A stretch of DNA of 61,109 bases from Acidobacteriota bacterium (GTDB taxonomy: Bacteria > Acidobacteriota > UBA6911): assembly GCA_016933615.1 (NCBI GenBank), contig JAFGAO010000086.1:1-61109 (forward strand). The letters are read 5' to 3'. Below the pieces are notes generated by a model, which saw only the letters and a program-made list of their open reading frames with translations, made no database searches and had not been told where the DNA came from. Both the position numbers and the translations under genes were made by a program. Position 1 is the first letter of the stretch, and each line of letters begins with the position of its first letter. Positions 48,807 to 58,590 of this stretch are shown here, in pieces.

Positions 48807-50261
48807 TCAGAAAAGATAGCCGACTTTCCGCTCCCGCGATCCCGGAATCTGCATCTGCTCCCGGTACTTGGCTACCGTACGGCGGTTGATGAAGATATTG
48901 TCGCGGCGGAGCAGCTGACCAAGCTGGTTATCCGAATACGGCTTGCTTTTATTCTCTTTTTCGAGCAGTTCCTTTATTTTCAATTTGACCTGAACAATCG
49001 AAAGCCCCTCGCCGTCGGGTTTTTCCAGCCCCATGGTGAAGAATTTTCTCAGCTCGATCACTCCCTGCGGCGTATTGACGTATTTATTCGTCACAACGCG
49101 GCTGATGGTGGAGCTGTGCACTCCGAGTTCGCCGGCGACATCCTTGATCAACATCGGGTGCAGATGAGAAAAACCGTTTTCCAGGAAATCTTTCTGCCGG
49201 TTCACGATGCAGACGCAGACCTTGTAGATGGTCTGCTTGCGCTGGTTGACGCTCCTGAGCAGATCCACGGCCGATCGGAACTTCTCCCGCAGAAAGCTCT
49301 TTGTTTCCCCGGTTACGCCGTTGCTCTTGAGAAGCTTCTTGTAGTTGGCATTCAGCCGCAGCTGGGGCATGCCTTCATCGTTGACCATAACGACGAATTC
49401 ATCGTCCACCTTGGCGATGGTCACTTCCGGTTCCACATAATTGGTTTTCTGATTGTTGTATTTCAGCCCGGGCTTGGGGATCAGGCGCCGGATGCACTCG
49501 ACGGCATGCACCACCTCCTCGAAGGCTGCGCTTGTGCGCGCGGCAATTTCCTTGAGCTTGTGGCCTTCCAGAAGGGACAGGTGTTCCCGGACTATCCGGC
49601 ACGCCAGGCTCTCCTGCAGGTTGAGGTTCTCGAGCTGCAGCAGGAGGCACTCGCGAAGATCGCGCGCGCCCACCCCTATGGGATCCATGGACTGCACAAC
49701 CTTGAGAGCCTCTTCGGCCTCCTGTGTGGTGCAGCCGGTCACCTGGCAGAGCTCCTCAAGATTCATAAGGAGATAGCCGTCTTCGTTGAGGTTGCCGATA
49801 ATCTGCCGGGCCACCTCGGCTATGGGACCGGGGGTGTCCGACAGTCCCAGCTGCCAGTTCAAATGCTCTTCCAGGGAGGGAGACCGGGTCAGAAAGGTTT
49901 CGAAGGAAGGTTTTTCCGTATCTTCAACTTCCCGGTTTTTATAGCCGGTATCGAGGTACTCGTCGAAAAAGTAGCGAAAGTCAATTTCCTCGAAAGAATC
50001 CTTTTCGCCCTCCCTGACGGAATCCTCCGCCGCAGGGGATTCTTCGGCGGCGCGTTCGTCCTCGTTCGTTTCCGAAGGAGCCTCCGGCTCCAGGACCTCC
50101 TCCAGGATAGGGTTCTCGACCAGTTCCTGGTTCAACATTGCCTGAAGTTCCAGTTTGTTGAGCTGAAGAAGCTCGATTTTTTGCAGCAGGGAGGGCGTGA
50201 GGGCAAGCCTTTGGCTGAGCCTTATGTCCAAAGATTGCCTTAAGGAAGGTCTGCGGTTCAT
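48807..50261 (-). CDS. rpoN: RNA polymerase sigma-54 factor
   Basis: Gln/Leu-rich region I; ENPILE; HSSTISR; RRTVAKYRE RpoN box. Confidence 0.97.
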   Translation of the reverse strand: MNRRPSLRQSLDIRLSQRLALTPSLLQKIELLQLNKLELQAMLNQELVENPILEEVLEPEAPSETNEDERAAEESPAAEDSVREGEKDSFEEIDFRYFFDEYLDTGYKNREVEDTEKPSFETFLTRSPSLEEHLNWQLGLSDTPGPIAEVARQIIGNLNEDGYLLMNLEELCQVTGCTTQEAEEALKVVQSMDPIGVGARDLRECLLLQLENLNLQESLACRIVREHLSLLEGHKLKEIAARTSAAFEEVVHAVECIRRLIPKPGLKYNNQKTNYVEPEVTIAKVDDEFVVMVNDEGMPQLRLNANYKKLLKSNGVTGETKSFLREKFRSAVDLLRSVNQRKQTIYKVCVCIVNRQKDFLENGFSHLHPMLIKDVAGELGVHSSTISRVVTNKYVNTPQGVIELRKFFTMGLEKPDGEGLSIVQVKLKIKELLEKENKSKPYSDNQLGQLLRRDNIFINRRTVAKYREQMQIPGSRERKVGYLF

Positions 50262-50268
50262 TTTAAGC

Positions 50269-51000
50269 CTAATTCAACCTGAAATTTTCGCCCAAGTACA
50301 CCTTCTTGACCTCGATGTCATTCGTCAGCTGCTCCGGGGATCCCTCGCGCAGGATCTTTCCTTCGCTAATTATATAGGCGCGGTCCGTTATATTCAAAGT
50401 TTCGCGCACATTATGATCCGTGATCAGCACTCCGATCCCTCTTGATTTCAAACTTCCTATAATGCGCTGTATCTCCAGGACTGCCAGGGGATCGATGCCC
50501 GCGAACGGTTCGTCCAGCAGAATGAACTGCGGCGTCAAAACCAAGGCCCGTGCGATTTCCAGACGCCTCCGTTCGCCGCCGGAGAGGGTATATGCGTTCT
50601 GGGAGCGGAGGTGCCCGATACCGAACTCTTCAAGAAGCCCTCCGGCCAAAACATCCCGCTTCCGGGACGGGATGTTTAAAGTTTCCGCAACGCTCCTGAG
50701 ATTTTCTTCTACGGTCAGTTTCCTGAAAACCGAAGGCTCCTGCGGAAGGTAGCTGATCCCCGAACGGGCTCTCCGGTACATGGGGAGGTGCGTAATATCC
50801 CTGCCGGAAAGGCTGACGGTTCCGCTTTGAGGCGCGATCAGGCCCACAATCATGTAAAAAGTGGTTGTTTTTCCGGCTCCGTTGGGCCCCAGAAGCCCGA
50901 CGACTTCGCCCGGGTGGAGCTTCAGGCTGACCCTGTTGACAACTTGCCGCCCCCGATAGGATTTGCATAAGGCCGAAGCCTGCAGCAGGCTATTTTCCAT
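50269..51000 (-). CDS. lptB: LPS export ABC ATPase
   Basis: GPNGAGKTT; YLPQEPS; LSGGERRR; DEPFAG; [10 protein letters not shown]. Confidence 0.96.
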   Translation of the reverse strand: MENSLLQASALCKSYRGRQVVNRVSLKLHPGEVVGLLGPNGAGKTTTFYMIVGLIAPQSGTVSLSGRDITHLPMYRRARSGISYLPQEPSVFRKLTVEENLRSVAETLNIPSRKRDVLAGGLLEEFGIGHLRSQNAYTLSGGERRRLEIARALVLTPQFILLDEPFAGIDPLAVLEIQRIIGSLKSRGIGVLITDHNVRETLNITDRAYIISEGKILREGSPEQLTNDIEVKKVYLGENFRLN

Positions 51001-51030
51001 ATCTAAATAATTGAAATAAAATAACTTAAA

Positions 51031-53541
51031 TCAATCCACCCGTCCTTCCAGCAGAATCCTATCATCGGCGACATTGTATGTCAACCGAGGCGCCGATGAC
51101 CGAACTCCCTCAGGATCGACCGATTCGGCCGGCTTGCCGGATATCTCAAACCTTTCGGGATTGCGGAAATAATAGGCTACATCCCCTCTGTATTCCCTTT
51201 TTCCCATGAAAACCGACACCTCGTCCTTTGCTGTTGCCTTTTCTATCTCCCTGCTTCCTTCGTCAAGCACCGCCTCCAAAGTCCCGGATTTTATAATTAA
51301 GCCCGCAGAGGTCAGGGATGTTTTCCCCGAATAGGCAACCGTATTACTGCTTTTTACGTAATTAAAATCAGAACTCTCAATATTTATCGGCAACCCGGAA
51401 AGATTTCCGCCATCTTTCGGCGCGGCGCCGGTGGTGTTTTCCGGAGTCCCACCGCCGTCGGTGGAAGGCCGGCCCCTGTACAGGAGGTGCCGGACATTCC
51501 CGCTGGCCGCCATTTCCTCTCCCCCATCCAGAATCTCCAGCGTATCCGCCCGGAGCTGCTGCTCCTCGGAAATGAGCTGTGCGCCGCCCGTGTAAAGAGC
51601 GCGGCCGGTTTCGGTCCAGTACTGCATGGCGTCGGCCAGAACGATGCTCCCGGCGCCTGAGGTGCCGCCTCCCGGCAATCCCGCTTCCGGCGCGGCCGAC
51701 AGTAGCGACCGGACCTTGCGGCGGACATGCAGGATGCCCTGCTTCAAATCGAGAACTGCGGTCCCGCCGTTGACAAATCCCGCCTCAAAATTTATTTCCG
51801 GGGAATTCGTCAGTGTCATTTTCTCGCTGCCGGCATCGTAGTCGCATCTCCCCGCGGTGGCCGATTTCGATCCGTCCTCGTATTTAAAATTTCCCCACTG
51901 CGACGCGGATGCAAGGACGATGCCGTCCGCGTCCGGAGAGAATGCCGCCTTCAGGTTGTCGCTCGCCGTGCGGAATTTGCCGGGCGTTTCCGGATGAGCC
52001 TGTGCCGGGTCCCCTTCGTAGACAACCCGGACATTCCCCTCGGCGGCCATGTCCTTCGGCTTGTTCCCGCCGGGGTAAAACCCGAACCGGGCCTTTTCGG
52101 CCGATACACTGCGCCGATAGGCACCTTTCCCTGAGTCGGAAACCGCTTCCGCCATGACCACATTCCCGGAGGCTTGGATTCTTTCCAGGTATTCGCCTTC
52201 CCCGGCATAGAACATCCCGATGGCCTCAGCCTTCAAGCTCCCGGAGGGTGAAGTCCCGTCCGCTCTCTCCGGCTTTGCAGGCAGGACGGTCCATTGAGCC
52301 GAACCCTGCGCGTGAAGGTTCTCGAAAAGAACCCGCCCCGAATGTTCACGAAATTTAACGCTGATGCGCGCCGCCCGGATTTCGTTGCCAGCCGAATCCG
52401 CGGAGCCCTTCGTCAGGATTCTCGCCCGCTCGCGGACATCGATGTTTTTCAATCCCCGCGTTTCCTCATTGAAAAAGGCGTTGAACCGCTCGCCCGAAAA
52501 AAGGGTTTCCTCCGCGCCTCGCTTCATCCGGAGCTGCACGCCGGTGGCACAGTGGATCCTTTGCAGCGCGTCCCTGGAGGGATCGAAAAAGAGATCCATC
52601 AGGGCGCCCTGCAGGCGCGTCTCCCCGGCAGGAGATGCGGAGTTCAATACGGCGCTCCCCCGGACCTGTATTTTTTCGAGATTCCTGCTCCCGGCGTGAA
52701 TCGCAAAAAACATCCGGTCTCCGCCGAGCGCCCGGGATTCATCGGAAGTTTCGGACCGATACCGCACATTCCCCGCCGCATTCAAGGATGTAATTTCCTT
52801 CAGGTCGCCATCGATATCCGCCCGGATCGTATCCCCGGTAAGCAGCAGGGAATCGGAACGCATCCGGGCATCGTTGCTGAAAATGATTCTTTCCCCGTTT
52901 TCATGGCAGAACGCTTTGCCGGACGTGGCCCTTATCCTCTCATCCGCCGCAGTTCCATCCGGAGACGCCTTTTCCATGACGAGAAGAAAATCGACATCGC
53001 GCTTCATTTCGAGCCGCTTGCGGTCCAAGCGGTACTCGAGGCCTACGGCCTTCCCGTTGATTTTCTCGGAATGGAATCGGACCGGATCCTCCGTGGTGCC
53101 GATATTGGTGTTCATGTCGTAATGCAGGGTATCGGTGTCCAGTTCGATGTCCCGGCCCAGGGAAAAACGGACGTCTTCGATAAAAACGACCGTGCCTTTC
53201 TCGCGGTCATATTCGGCGAACCGGCTGCGTATTTCATTATGAACGCTCCCCTCCGGATTGAAATCGAACGCTTCAATCTCCTGGAGGTAGACCTTGCCGG
53301 GGTTTTCTTCAAGAAGCCGGAGGGCCCGTATTTTGAAACGGATTATCCCGTCGCGGTTGTCCGAATACTCGAAACTTTCTACGGACTGAAGCGTCTCAGG
53401 ATCGAGGATTTGAAGGTCCTGTTTCCCGGAATGATCCCGGCCGAAGCGCTTGTAGAAATAGTTGCCCAGGACGGCCAGGGAGACCAGGATCATGATTCCG
53501 GCCAGCAGCCGCCGGATATATCGAATGGAAGTGTGATGCAA
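51031..53541 (-). CDS. Long LptC/LptA(OstA)-type LPS transport periplasmic protein
   Basis: 836 aa; N-terminal TM anchor; repeated A.GNV beta-jellyroll segments; directly upstream of lptB. Confidence 0.8.
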   Translation of the reverse strand: MHHTSIRYIRRLLAGIMILVSLAVLGNYFYKRFGRDHSGKQDLQILDPETLQSVESFEYSDNRDGIIRFKIRALRLLEENPGKVYLQEIEAFDFNPEGSVHNEIRSRFAEYDREKGTVVFIEDVRFSLGRDIELDTDTLHYDMNTNIGTTEDPVRFHSEKINGKAVGLEYRLDRKRLEMKRDVDFLLVMEKASPDGTAADERIRATSGKAFCHENGERIIFSNDARMRSDSLLLTGDTIRADIDGDLKEITSLNAAGNVRYRSETSDESRALGGDRMFFAIHAGSRNLEKIQVRGSAVLNSASPAGETRLQGALMDLFFDPSRDALQRIHCATGVQLRMKRGAEETLFSGERFNAFFNEETRGLKNIDVRERARILTKGSADSAGNEIRAARISVKFREHSGRVLFENLHAQGSAQWTVLPAKPERADGTSPSGSLKAEAIGMFYAGEGEYLERIQASGNVVMAEAVSDSGKGAYRRSVSAEKARFGFYPGGNKPKDMAAEGNVRVVYEGDPAQAHPETPGKFRTASDNLKAAFSPDADGIVLASASQWGNFKYEDGSKSATAGRCDYDAGSEKMTLTNSPEINFEAGFVNGGTAVLDLKQGILHVRRKVRSLLSAAPEAGLPGGGTSGAGSIVLADAMQYWTETGRALYTGGAQLISEEQQLRADTLEILDGGEEMAASGNVRHLLYRGRPSTDGGGTPENTTGAAPKDGGNLSGLPINIESSDFNYVKSSNTVAYSGKTSLTSAGLIIKSGTLEAVLDEGSREIEKATAKDEVSVFMGKREYRGDVAYYFRNPERFEISGKPAESVDPEGVRSSAPRLTYNVADDRILLEGRVD

Positions 53542-53603
53542 AGTTTAATTGCTCCATCACAATATTCAACGTTCAAACGTTCGTCTTCATCGCCGGGTCG
53601 GGG

Positions 53604-54350
53604 TCACAAAATGGAACGGGCATTGAAACTCAGCGGGAGAATCCTTTTCGATCCCGGCTCCACCCGCCAGATATATTCTACTTCCGCATTCTCTTCGTTT
53701 TGGAATACCAAACGCACCCAGTAGAGATCCTCTCCCCGTTTGACGGCTCCCCAGGACAGAAAACGAAGGGCCGGGTCCTTGCCTTCTACCATTTCCGCCA
53801 CCTCCGGGTACGACTGGAGCACCAGAGCGTAAGCCTCCCGCTCCGCATCCCCCTGGCTGTAGCCAAGCCCGTTATCCGAATCGGACTCCGCGGCGCCGGG
53901 TTCGGGCGGAGGCGTCTCTGCTTCGGCGTCGGGGACGGGTTTGCCCGCACTCGAAGCTTCGGGCGAGAACAGGGGCGGGGGGAAGCCCGCCGGCGCACCG
54001 GGATCCTCCGTGCGGGCGGTGAATATCCTGTCCATGGGCAGCGTCTGATCGGGGCCCGGGAACAAAGTGGCTTGCCGGTCGTACTCTTCGGGAAACGGCG
54101 GCGATTCGTCCCCGATTTGCACGGTGACGGGATCGACTCCCCCGCCGATGGCCGCCCTTATGGACGCCACCCGGGCCGCCAGAAGGTTTCTGAACGAGGG
54201 TACGGCCACGATCGGCAATCCGACGGCGACCACGAATACGAGCAGCGCCGTATAAAAACGCCGCCGGCCGTCCGAGCGCGCACGACTCGGGATTTTTCCG
54301 GGTCTCGGGCCGACGGCCGGGTTCCGCTCCCTCTTGCTGTCTGAAGCCAC
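53604..54350 (-). CDS. Hypothetical membrane-anchored protein
   Basis: Single TM, Pro-rich linker, globular C-terminus; GGGAG RBS, GTG start. Confidence 0.78.
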   Translation of the reverse strand: MASDSKRERNPAVGPRPGKIPSRARSDGRRRFYTALLVFVVAVGLPIVAVPSFRNLLAARVASIRAAIGGGVDPVTVQIGDESPPFPEEYDRQATLFPGPDQTLPMDRIFTARTEDPGAPAGFPPPLFSPEASSAGKPVPDAEAETPPPEPGAAESDSDNGLGYSQGDAEREAYALVLQSYPEVAEMVEGKDPALRFLSWGAVKRGEDLYWVRLVFQNEENAEVEYIWRVEPGSKRILPLSFNARSIL

Positions 54351-54370
54351 ATTAAGCTCCCGGTCCTGAA

Positions 54371-54405
54371 ATTGAAGATTCTGGATTCAAGATTGCAGAC
54401 TCCAT
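54371..54405. repeat. Heptamer tandem repeat (ATTNNAG-like, x5)
   Basis: attgaag attctgg attcaag attgcag actccat. Confidence 0.55.
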
Positions 54406-54420
54406 GGGGCCCCTGCAAAC

Positions 54421-55528
54421 TCAGGAATTTCTTCCCTGCATCCCGCGGTAGACGAGATATCTGTATATAAATTCCTCTATGTCTCCGTCCAGGACACGAT
54501 CCGCGTTGGGCGACTCGAATTTGGTCCGGTGATCTTTGACCATGCGGTAGGGATGAAGGACGTAGGACCGTATCTGGCTGCCCCAGCCGATTTCCAGCTT
54601 GGCGTCCTCGACCGCCTGAAGCTGCTCCCGCTTTTTGGCAAGCTCCCGCTCGTAAAGCCGGGCCCGCAGCACCTGCCGCGCCATTTCGCGGTTGCGGATC
54701 TGGGATCGTTCATTTTGACAGGAAACGACTATCCCCGTAGGCAGGTGGGTGATCCGGACCGCCGAATCCGTTACGTTGACATGCTGCCCCCCGGCGCCGG
54801 AGGACCTGTAGGTGTCGATGCGCAGATCCTTTTCGTCGATCTGGACTTCTATCTCATCGTCTATCTGCGGATAGACGAATACGGACGCGAAGCTCGTCTG
54901 CCTTTTGCCCATGGCGCCGAAAGGAGAGATGCGGACGAGCCGATGCACGCCGCTTTCGGAGGACAGGTACCCGTATACAAAATCTCCTTCGACCAGGAAT
55001 GTCGCCGATTTGACGCCCGCTTCGTCTCCGGGCTGATAATCGAGCATTTTCGTTTCATAGCCGGATCGTTCACTCCAACGCAGATACATGCGCACCAGCA
55101 TCTCGGCCCAGTCCTGGGAATCCACGCCGCCGGCGCCGGGATGAATCGTCACAATCGCGTTCGAACCGTCGTGTTCACCGGCCAGCAGCATCCGGATTTC
55201 CGTATGCTGCGCCTCCTGTTCCAGCTTCTCGACTTCCCGGGTCAGATCCGCCAGCACTTCTTCGCCTTCCTCGGCCAGTTCGGCCAGGGCCCTGATATCC
55301 TGGCCTTCTCTCGCCAGACGGGCATCCAGTTCGATGTCGCTCTCCAGGCGGCTTCGCGTCCGCAGGACCGACTGCGCCTCCCGCTGGTTGCTCCAGAATC
55401 CGGGATGGGATGCCTTCTTTTCAAGCTCGAGAACCTGGGAGCGTTTGCGGTCCGCATCAAAGATAGCCCCGAATCCGTACGAGTTTTTCCTCAATCGCAT
55501 CGACTCTCTGCTGCAGTTCTTCGAGCAT
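54421..55528 (-). CDS. prfB: Peptide chain release factor 2, programmed +1 frameshift after codon 23
   Basis: ATG 55528 with GGAGG at 8 nt; MLEELQQRVDAIEEKLVRIRGYL then CTT TGA T (55462-55456) with GGGG upstream; SPF and GGQ motifs in the +1 frame. Confidence 0.96.
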
Positions 55529-55549
55529 TCAGACATCCTCCAGGAAAAC

Positions 55550-55584
55550 CGTTCCGGGTTTCCCGTTCACCGTTTCCCGTTACA
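55550..55584. repeat. Heptamer tandem repeat (CGTTYCC-like, x5)
   Basis: cgttccg ggtttcc cgttcac cgtttcc cgttaca. Confidence 0.55.
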
Positions 55585-55649
55585 TATTCATAAAAAATCT
55601 CCCGCTTTGCGCGGGGGCTGGCTGGACCGCGCCTTGCCGGCCTGCCCTT

Positions 55650-57173
55650 TCAACTCCGGTTGAAGTGCCGTTTCTTCCGTTCCTTCGTAAACGCGAGGAC
55701 CGTGAAACCACAGACAATGATAGCACACAGAAAAACGAAAACGTCGCCATAACGGGTATAGAACGTTTGCTGCGCGCAAAAGGCGAAACGGCCCTCGCAA
55801 ACCGCCTCCTGCAATATTCCCGTCGCCGCCTGAATCCTGCCCGTCGGCTCGATGACGGCCGAAATTCCCGAGTTTGCCGCCCGAAGGAAATACCTCCGGT
55901 TTTCGATGCTGCGCCACCGGGCGATTGAAAAATGCTGCAGCGGGGCGTTGCTGTCCCCGTACCACCGGTCATTGGTAAGATTCACGATCAGCCGGCTGCC
56001 GCCGCGCACGAATTGCCGCACCAGGCCCGGGAAAATGGCTTCGAAACATATGGTGACGTTCACCGGTCGCCGCCCCAGCCTGAATATCGTCTTATTCCGG
56101 CCCGGTTCGAACGCACCCACGTCCCGGGTAACGGTCTGCATGGCCGCGAATAGGCTTTTCAGCGGGATATACTCCCCGAAGGGAACCAGGTGGATTTTGT
56201 CGTAGATCCCAGAAAGCTCCCCCTTTTGATTAAGATGATAGGCGCTGTTGAAATATTTCATTCCTTCACCGGTTTCCTCGCTCCGGATATTGTTGAATAT
56301 CAATCCAAGGGTGGCGCGGGCGGCAAGGTCTCCAAGCAGCGCCCGGTACCGCGCGTCCCGTTCGTACATCACGGGCGTAGGCGATTCCGGCAGAACCAGC
56401 AGGTCGACGGAGGGCGGCAGGGTATCCGCCATGCGCCTGTAACCGGCCTGATATTTCTCCGCGAGAACGGAGGGTGCTTCGTCGGCGGCGAGGTTCGCCT
56501 GGAGCATGGCGGCGCTGTAATCCGCCCGCAGACCGTCCCAGCGGTCGAGCGACGCTTGGCCGTAAAGAAGACAGGCCAGGACCAGAACGAGCAAAGACAG
56601 CGCCGGGTACCAGGACCGGAAGCGCCGTCCCCGATGCATCACGATCCAGAAAATCGCCGTGGAGGCTCCCGCAAGCAGGAAAGAAATTCCGTACACGCCC
56701 GCCAGATCGGCGATCTGGATGAGGACCAGCCGGTCGGACTGAGTGTATCCAAGCTGAAGCCACGGGAATCCGCCGAAAGGAACGCGCGTCTGGGCGTATT
56801 CAACCAGAACCCAGACGGCAGGAAACAACAGAAGGTGCGCATCGCCCCCCCAGCGCATCAGTCCTTTCGTCGCGCAGCACGCGGCTCCCGTGAAACAGGC
56901 CAGCAACAGAATTAAAAGCGCATACCCGGTCCAGGCAAGCCAACCGGGGAGCCCGCCGTGGCTTTCGACTACGCCCGGCATCCAGGCGAGCAGCCCGAAG
57001 AGCTCGACGCCTCCCGCGAGCCACCCCCCCCAGAAGGCCCGAAACGGGCTATGCACCCGGACCATAAAGGCGCACAGGGGTGCAAGGGCGACCCAGGCCA
57101 GGAAGGGCTGGTCGATTCGCGGGAACGAGGCTGCAAGGAGAAGGCCGGTCACGACCGGCAGTAACAGCGGCAT
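55650..57173 (-). CDS. lnt: Apolipoprotein N-acyltransferase
   Basis: GGFPW..LGY; LPES; YDKIHLVPFGEY; ICFE; NLTNDRW; RAANSGIS. Confidence 0.95.
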   Translation of the reverse strand: MPLLLPVVTGLLLAASFPRIDQPFLAWVALAPLCAFMVRVHSPFRAFWGGWLAGGVELFGLLAWMPGVVESHGGLPGWLAWTGYALLILLLACFTGAACCATKGLMRWGGDAHLLLFPAVWVLVEYAQTRVPFGGFPWLQLGYTQSDRLVLIQIADLAGVYGISFLLAGASTAIFWIVMHRGRRFRSWYPALSLLVLVLACLLYGQASLDRWDGLRADYSAAMLQANLAADEAPSVLAEKYQAGYRRMADTLPPSVDLLVLPESPTPVMYERDARYRALLGDLAARATLGLIFNNIRSEETGEGMKYFNSAYHLNQKGELSGIYDKIHLVPFGEYIPLKSLFAAMQTVTRDVGAFEPGRNKTIFRLGRRPVNVTICFEAIFPGLVRQFVRGGSRLIVNLTNDRWYGDSNAPLQHFSIARWRSIENRRYFLRAANSGISAVIEPTGRIQAATGILQEAVCEGRFAFCAQQTFYTRYGDVFVFLCAIIVCGFTVLAFTKERKKRHFNRS

Positions 57174-57191
57174 GGCAACGGCTCGGGATCT

Positions 57192-57812
57192 TCAGTTTGT
57201 TTTCACAAAACAACTGAAGCCGTTTTTCTTGAGCCGCAGTTGCTCGGCGACAGCTTCAGCGCGGGTATCGAACTTTCCGACCTTGACCAGGTACAGCTGT
57301 CCGGGAGAGTCCGGAGGCTCGACTCTGCTGTCGAATCCCTTGGACCGGACATCCAGGGCATGGGCTTCGGCTTCGGGGCGCCGCTTGAAAGCGCCGACCT
57401 GGACGGTATACGTTATTCCGGCTGCATCCGCTTTGGCGACGGCGGAGGAAGCGCCGGCCGCTTCCTTCGTTTCGGGAGACCTTGGCGGGCGGACAGGCGC
57501 GGGATCGCCCTCTTTTTTATTCACGCTCTTGTACCAGTCCAGATCCTGCTCGACAGCGTCTTCTTCCATGGGCGGAATCTCCGCGGCGTCCTGAATATTC
57601 TCCGGCGCCGAAGTCCGCGAATCCTGCAGCCCGGCTGCGGATGAATCATCCGTACCGGCAACCGCGCCGAGCTGCATACCCTGGCGTTTCCCCGCCATAA
57701 ATCCCCACACGAAAAAGCAGCCGCATATGAACAGGACCACGGCGAACGCAAGGATCAGTTTGCGGTTGTCCAGCACCAGTTCGAATCCGGATTCAATTTC
57801 ACGCTCCGTCAT
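57192..57812 (-). CDS. SPOR-domain (DedD/FtsN-like) protein
   Basis: N-terminal TM; C-terminal YTVQVGAF...YLVKVGKF. Confidence 0.88.
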   Translation of the reverse strand: MTEREIESGFELVLDNRKLILAFAVVLFICGCFFVWGFMAGKRQGMQLGAVAGTDDSSAAGLQDSRTSAPENIQDAAEIPPMEEDAVEQDLDWYKSVNKKEGDPAPVRPPRSPETKEAAGASSAVAKADAAGITYTVQVGAFKRRPEAEAHALDVRSKGFDSRVEPPDSPGQLYLVKVGKFDTRAEAVAEQLRLKKNGFSCFVKTN

Positions 57813-57819
57813 AGCACCA

Positions 57820-58575
57820 CTATTCCTGTTTCTTTCCACCAAACCATTCCCGGATAAGGTCAATCGGGATAGGGAACACAACCGTCGTATTCTTTTCAAC
57901 TCCAATTTCGGTCAGTGTCTGCAGGTATCGCAACTGGAGTGCCACAGGTTCGGTATTGATGATCCCTGCTGCATCCGCAAGTTTTCTGGACGCCTGGAAT
58001 TCCCCTTCGGCATGAATGATCTTGGCCCGCTTTTCGCGCTCGGCTTCCGCCTGTTTCGCCATGGCGCGCTGCATCACCTCCGGCAGATCCACCTGCTTGA
58101 CCTCCACCAGGCTCACCTTGATGCCCCAGGCGTCCGTATGCTGATCCAGAATTTCCTGGAGCTTTACATTCAGCTTGTCGCGATGGCTCAAAAGATCGTC
58201 CAGTTCGACCTCGCCCAGCACCGATCTCAGAGTCGTCTGCGCAAGCTGGGATGTAGCATACAGATAGTTTTCAATTTCCACAATCGCTCTCGGCGCATTC
58301 ATGACACGGAAGTAGACGATGGCGTTCACTTTTACCGAAACATTGTCGTGCGTAATGATGTCCTGGGGCGGCACGTCCAGGGTTACGGTACGGAGGCTGA
58401 CGCGAACCATTTTCCAAATCGGCCAGAAGACAAATATCAAGCCCGGCCCCGATGCATTCGGAACCAGACGCCCCAGCCGGAAAAGCACGCCCCGCTCGTA
58501 TTCCTTGAGGATATGGATCGTACTAAAAAGGTACACAATGACAATTAAAAGCCCGAGCAACCATGCTTGTCCCAT
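57820..58575 (-). CDS. Slipin/SPFH (stomatin-like) protein
   Basis: [12 protein letters not shown]; [10 protein letters not shown]; AKQAEAERE; LQLRYLQTL. Confidence 0.94.
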   Translation of the reverse strand: MGQAWLLGLLIVIVYLFSTIHILKEYERGVLFRLGRLVPNASGPGLIFVFWPIWKMVRVSLRTVTLDVPPQDIITHDNVSVKVNAIVYFRVMNAPRAIVEIENYLYATSQLAQTTLRSVLGEVELDDLLSHRDKLNVKLQEILDQHTDAWGIKVSLVEVKQVDLPEVMQRAMAKQAEAEREKRAKIIHAEGEFQASRKLADAAGIINTEPVALQLRYLQTLTEIGVEKNTTVVFPIPIDLIREWFGGKKQE

Positions 58576-58590
58576 AACAGCCTCCCTGTT

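Noticed and set aside
54421-55536. RF2 as an uninterrupted ORF starting MSECSK
   Set aside because: The canonical frameshift architecture, with a well-spaced RBS at ATG 55528, is a better fit.
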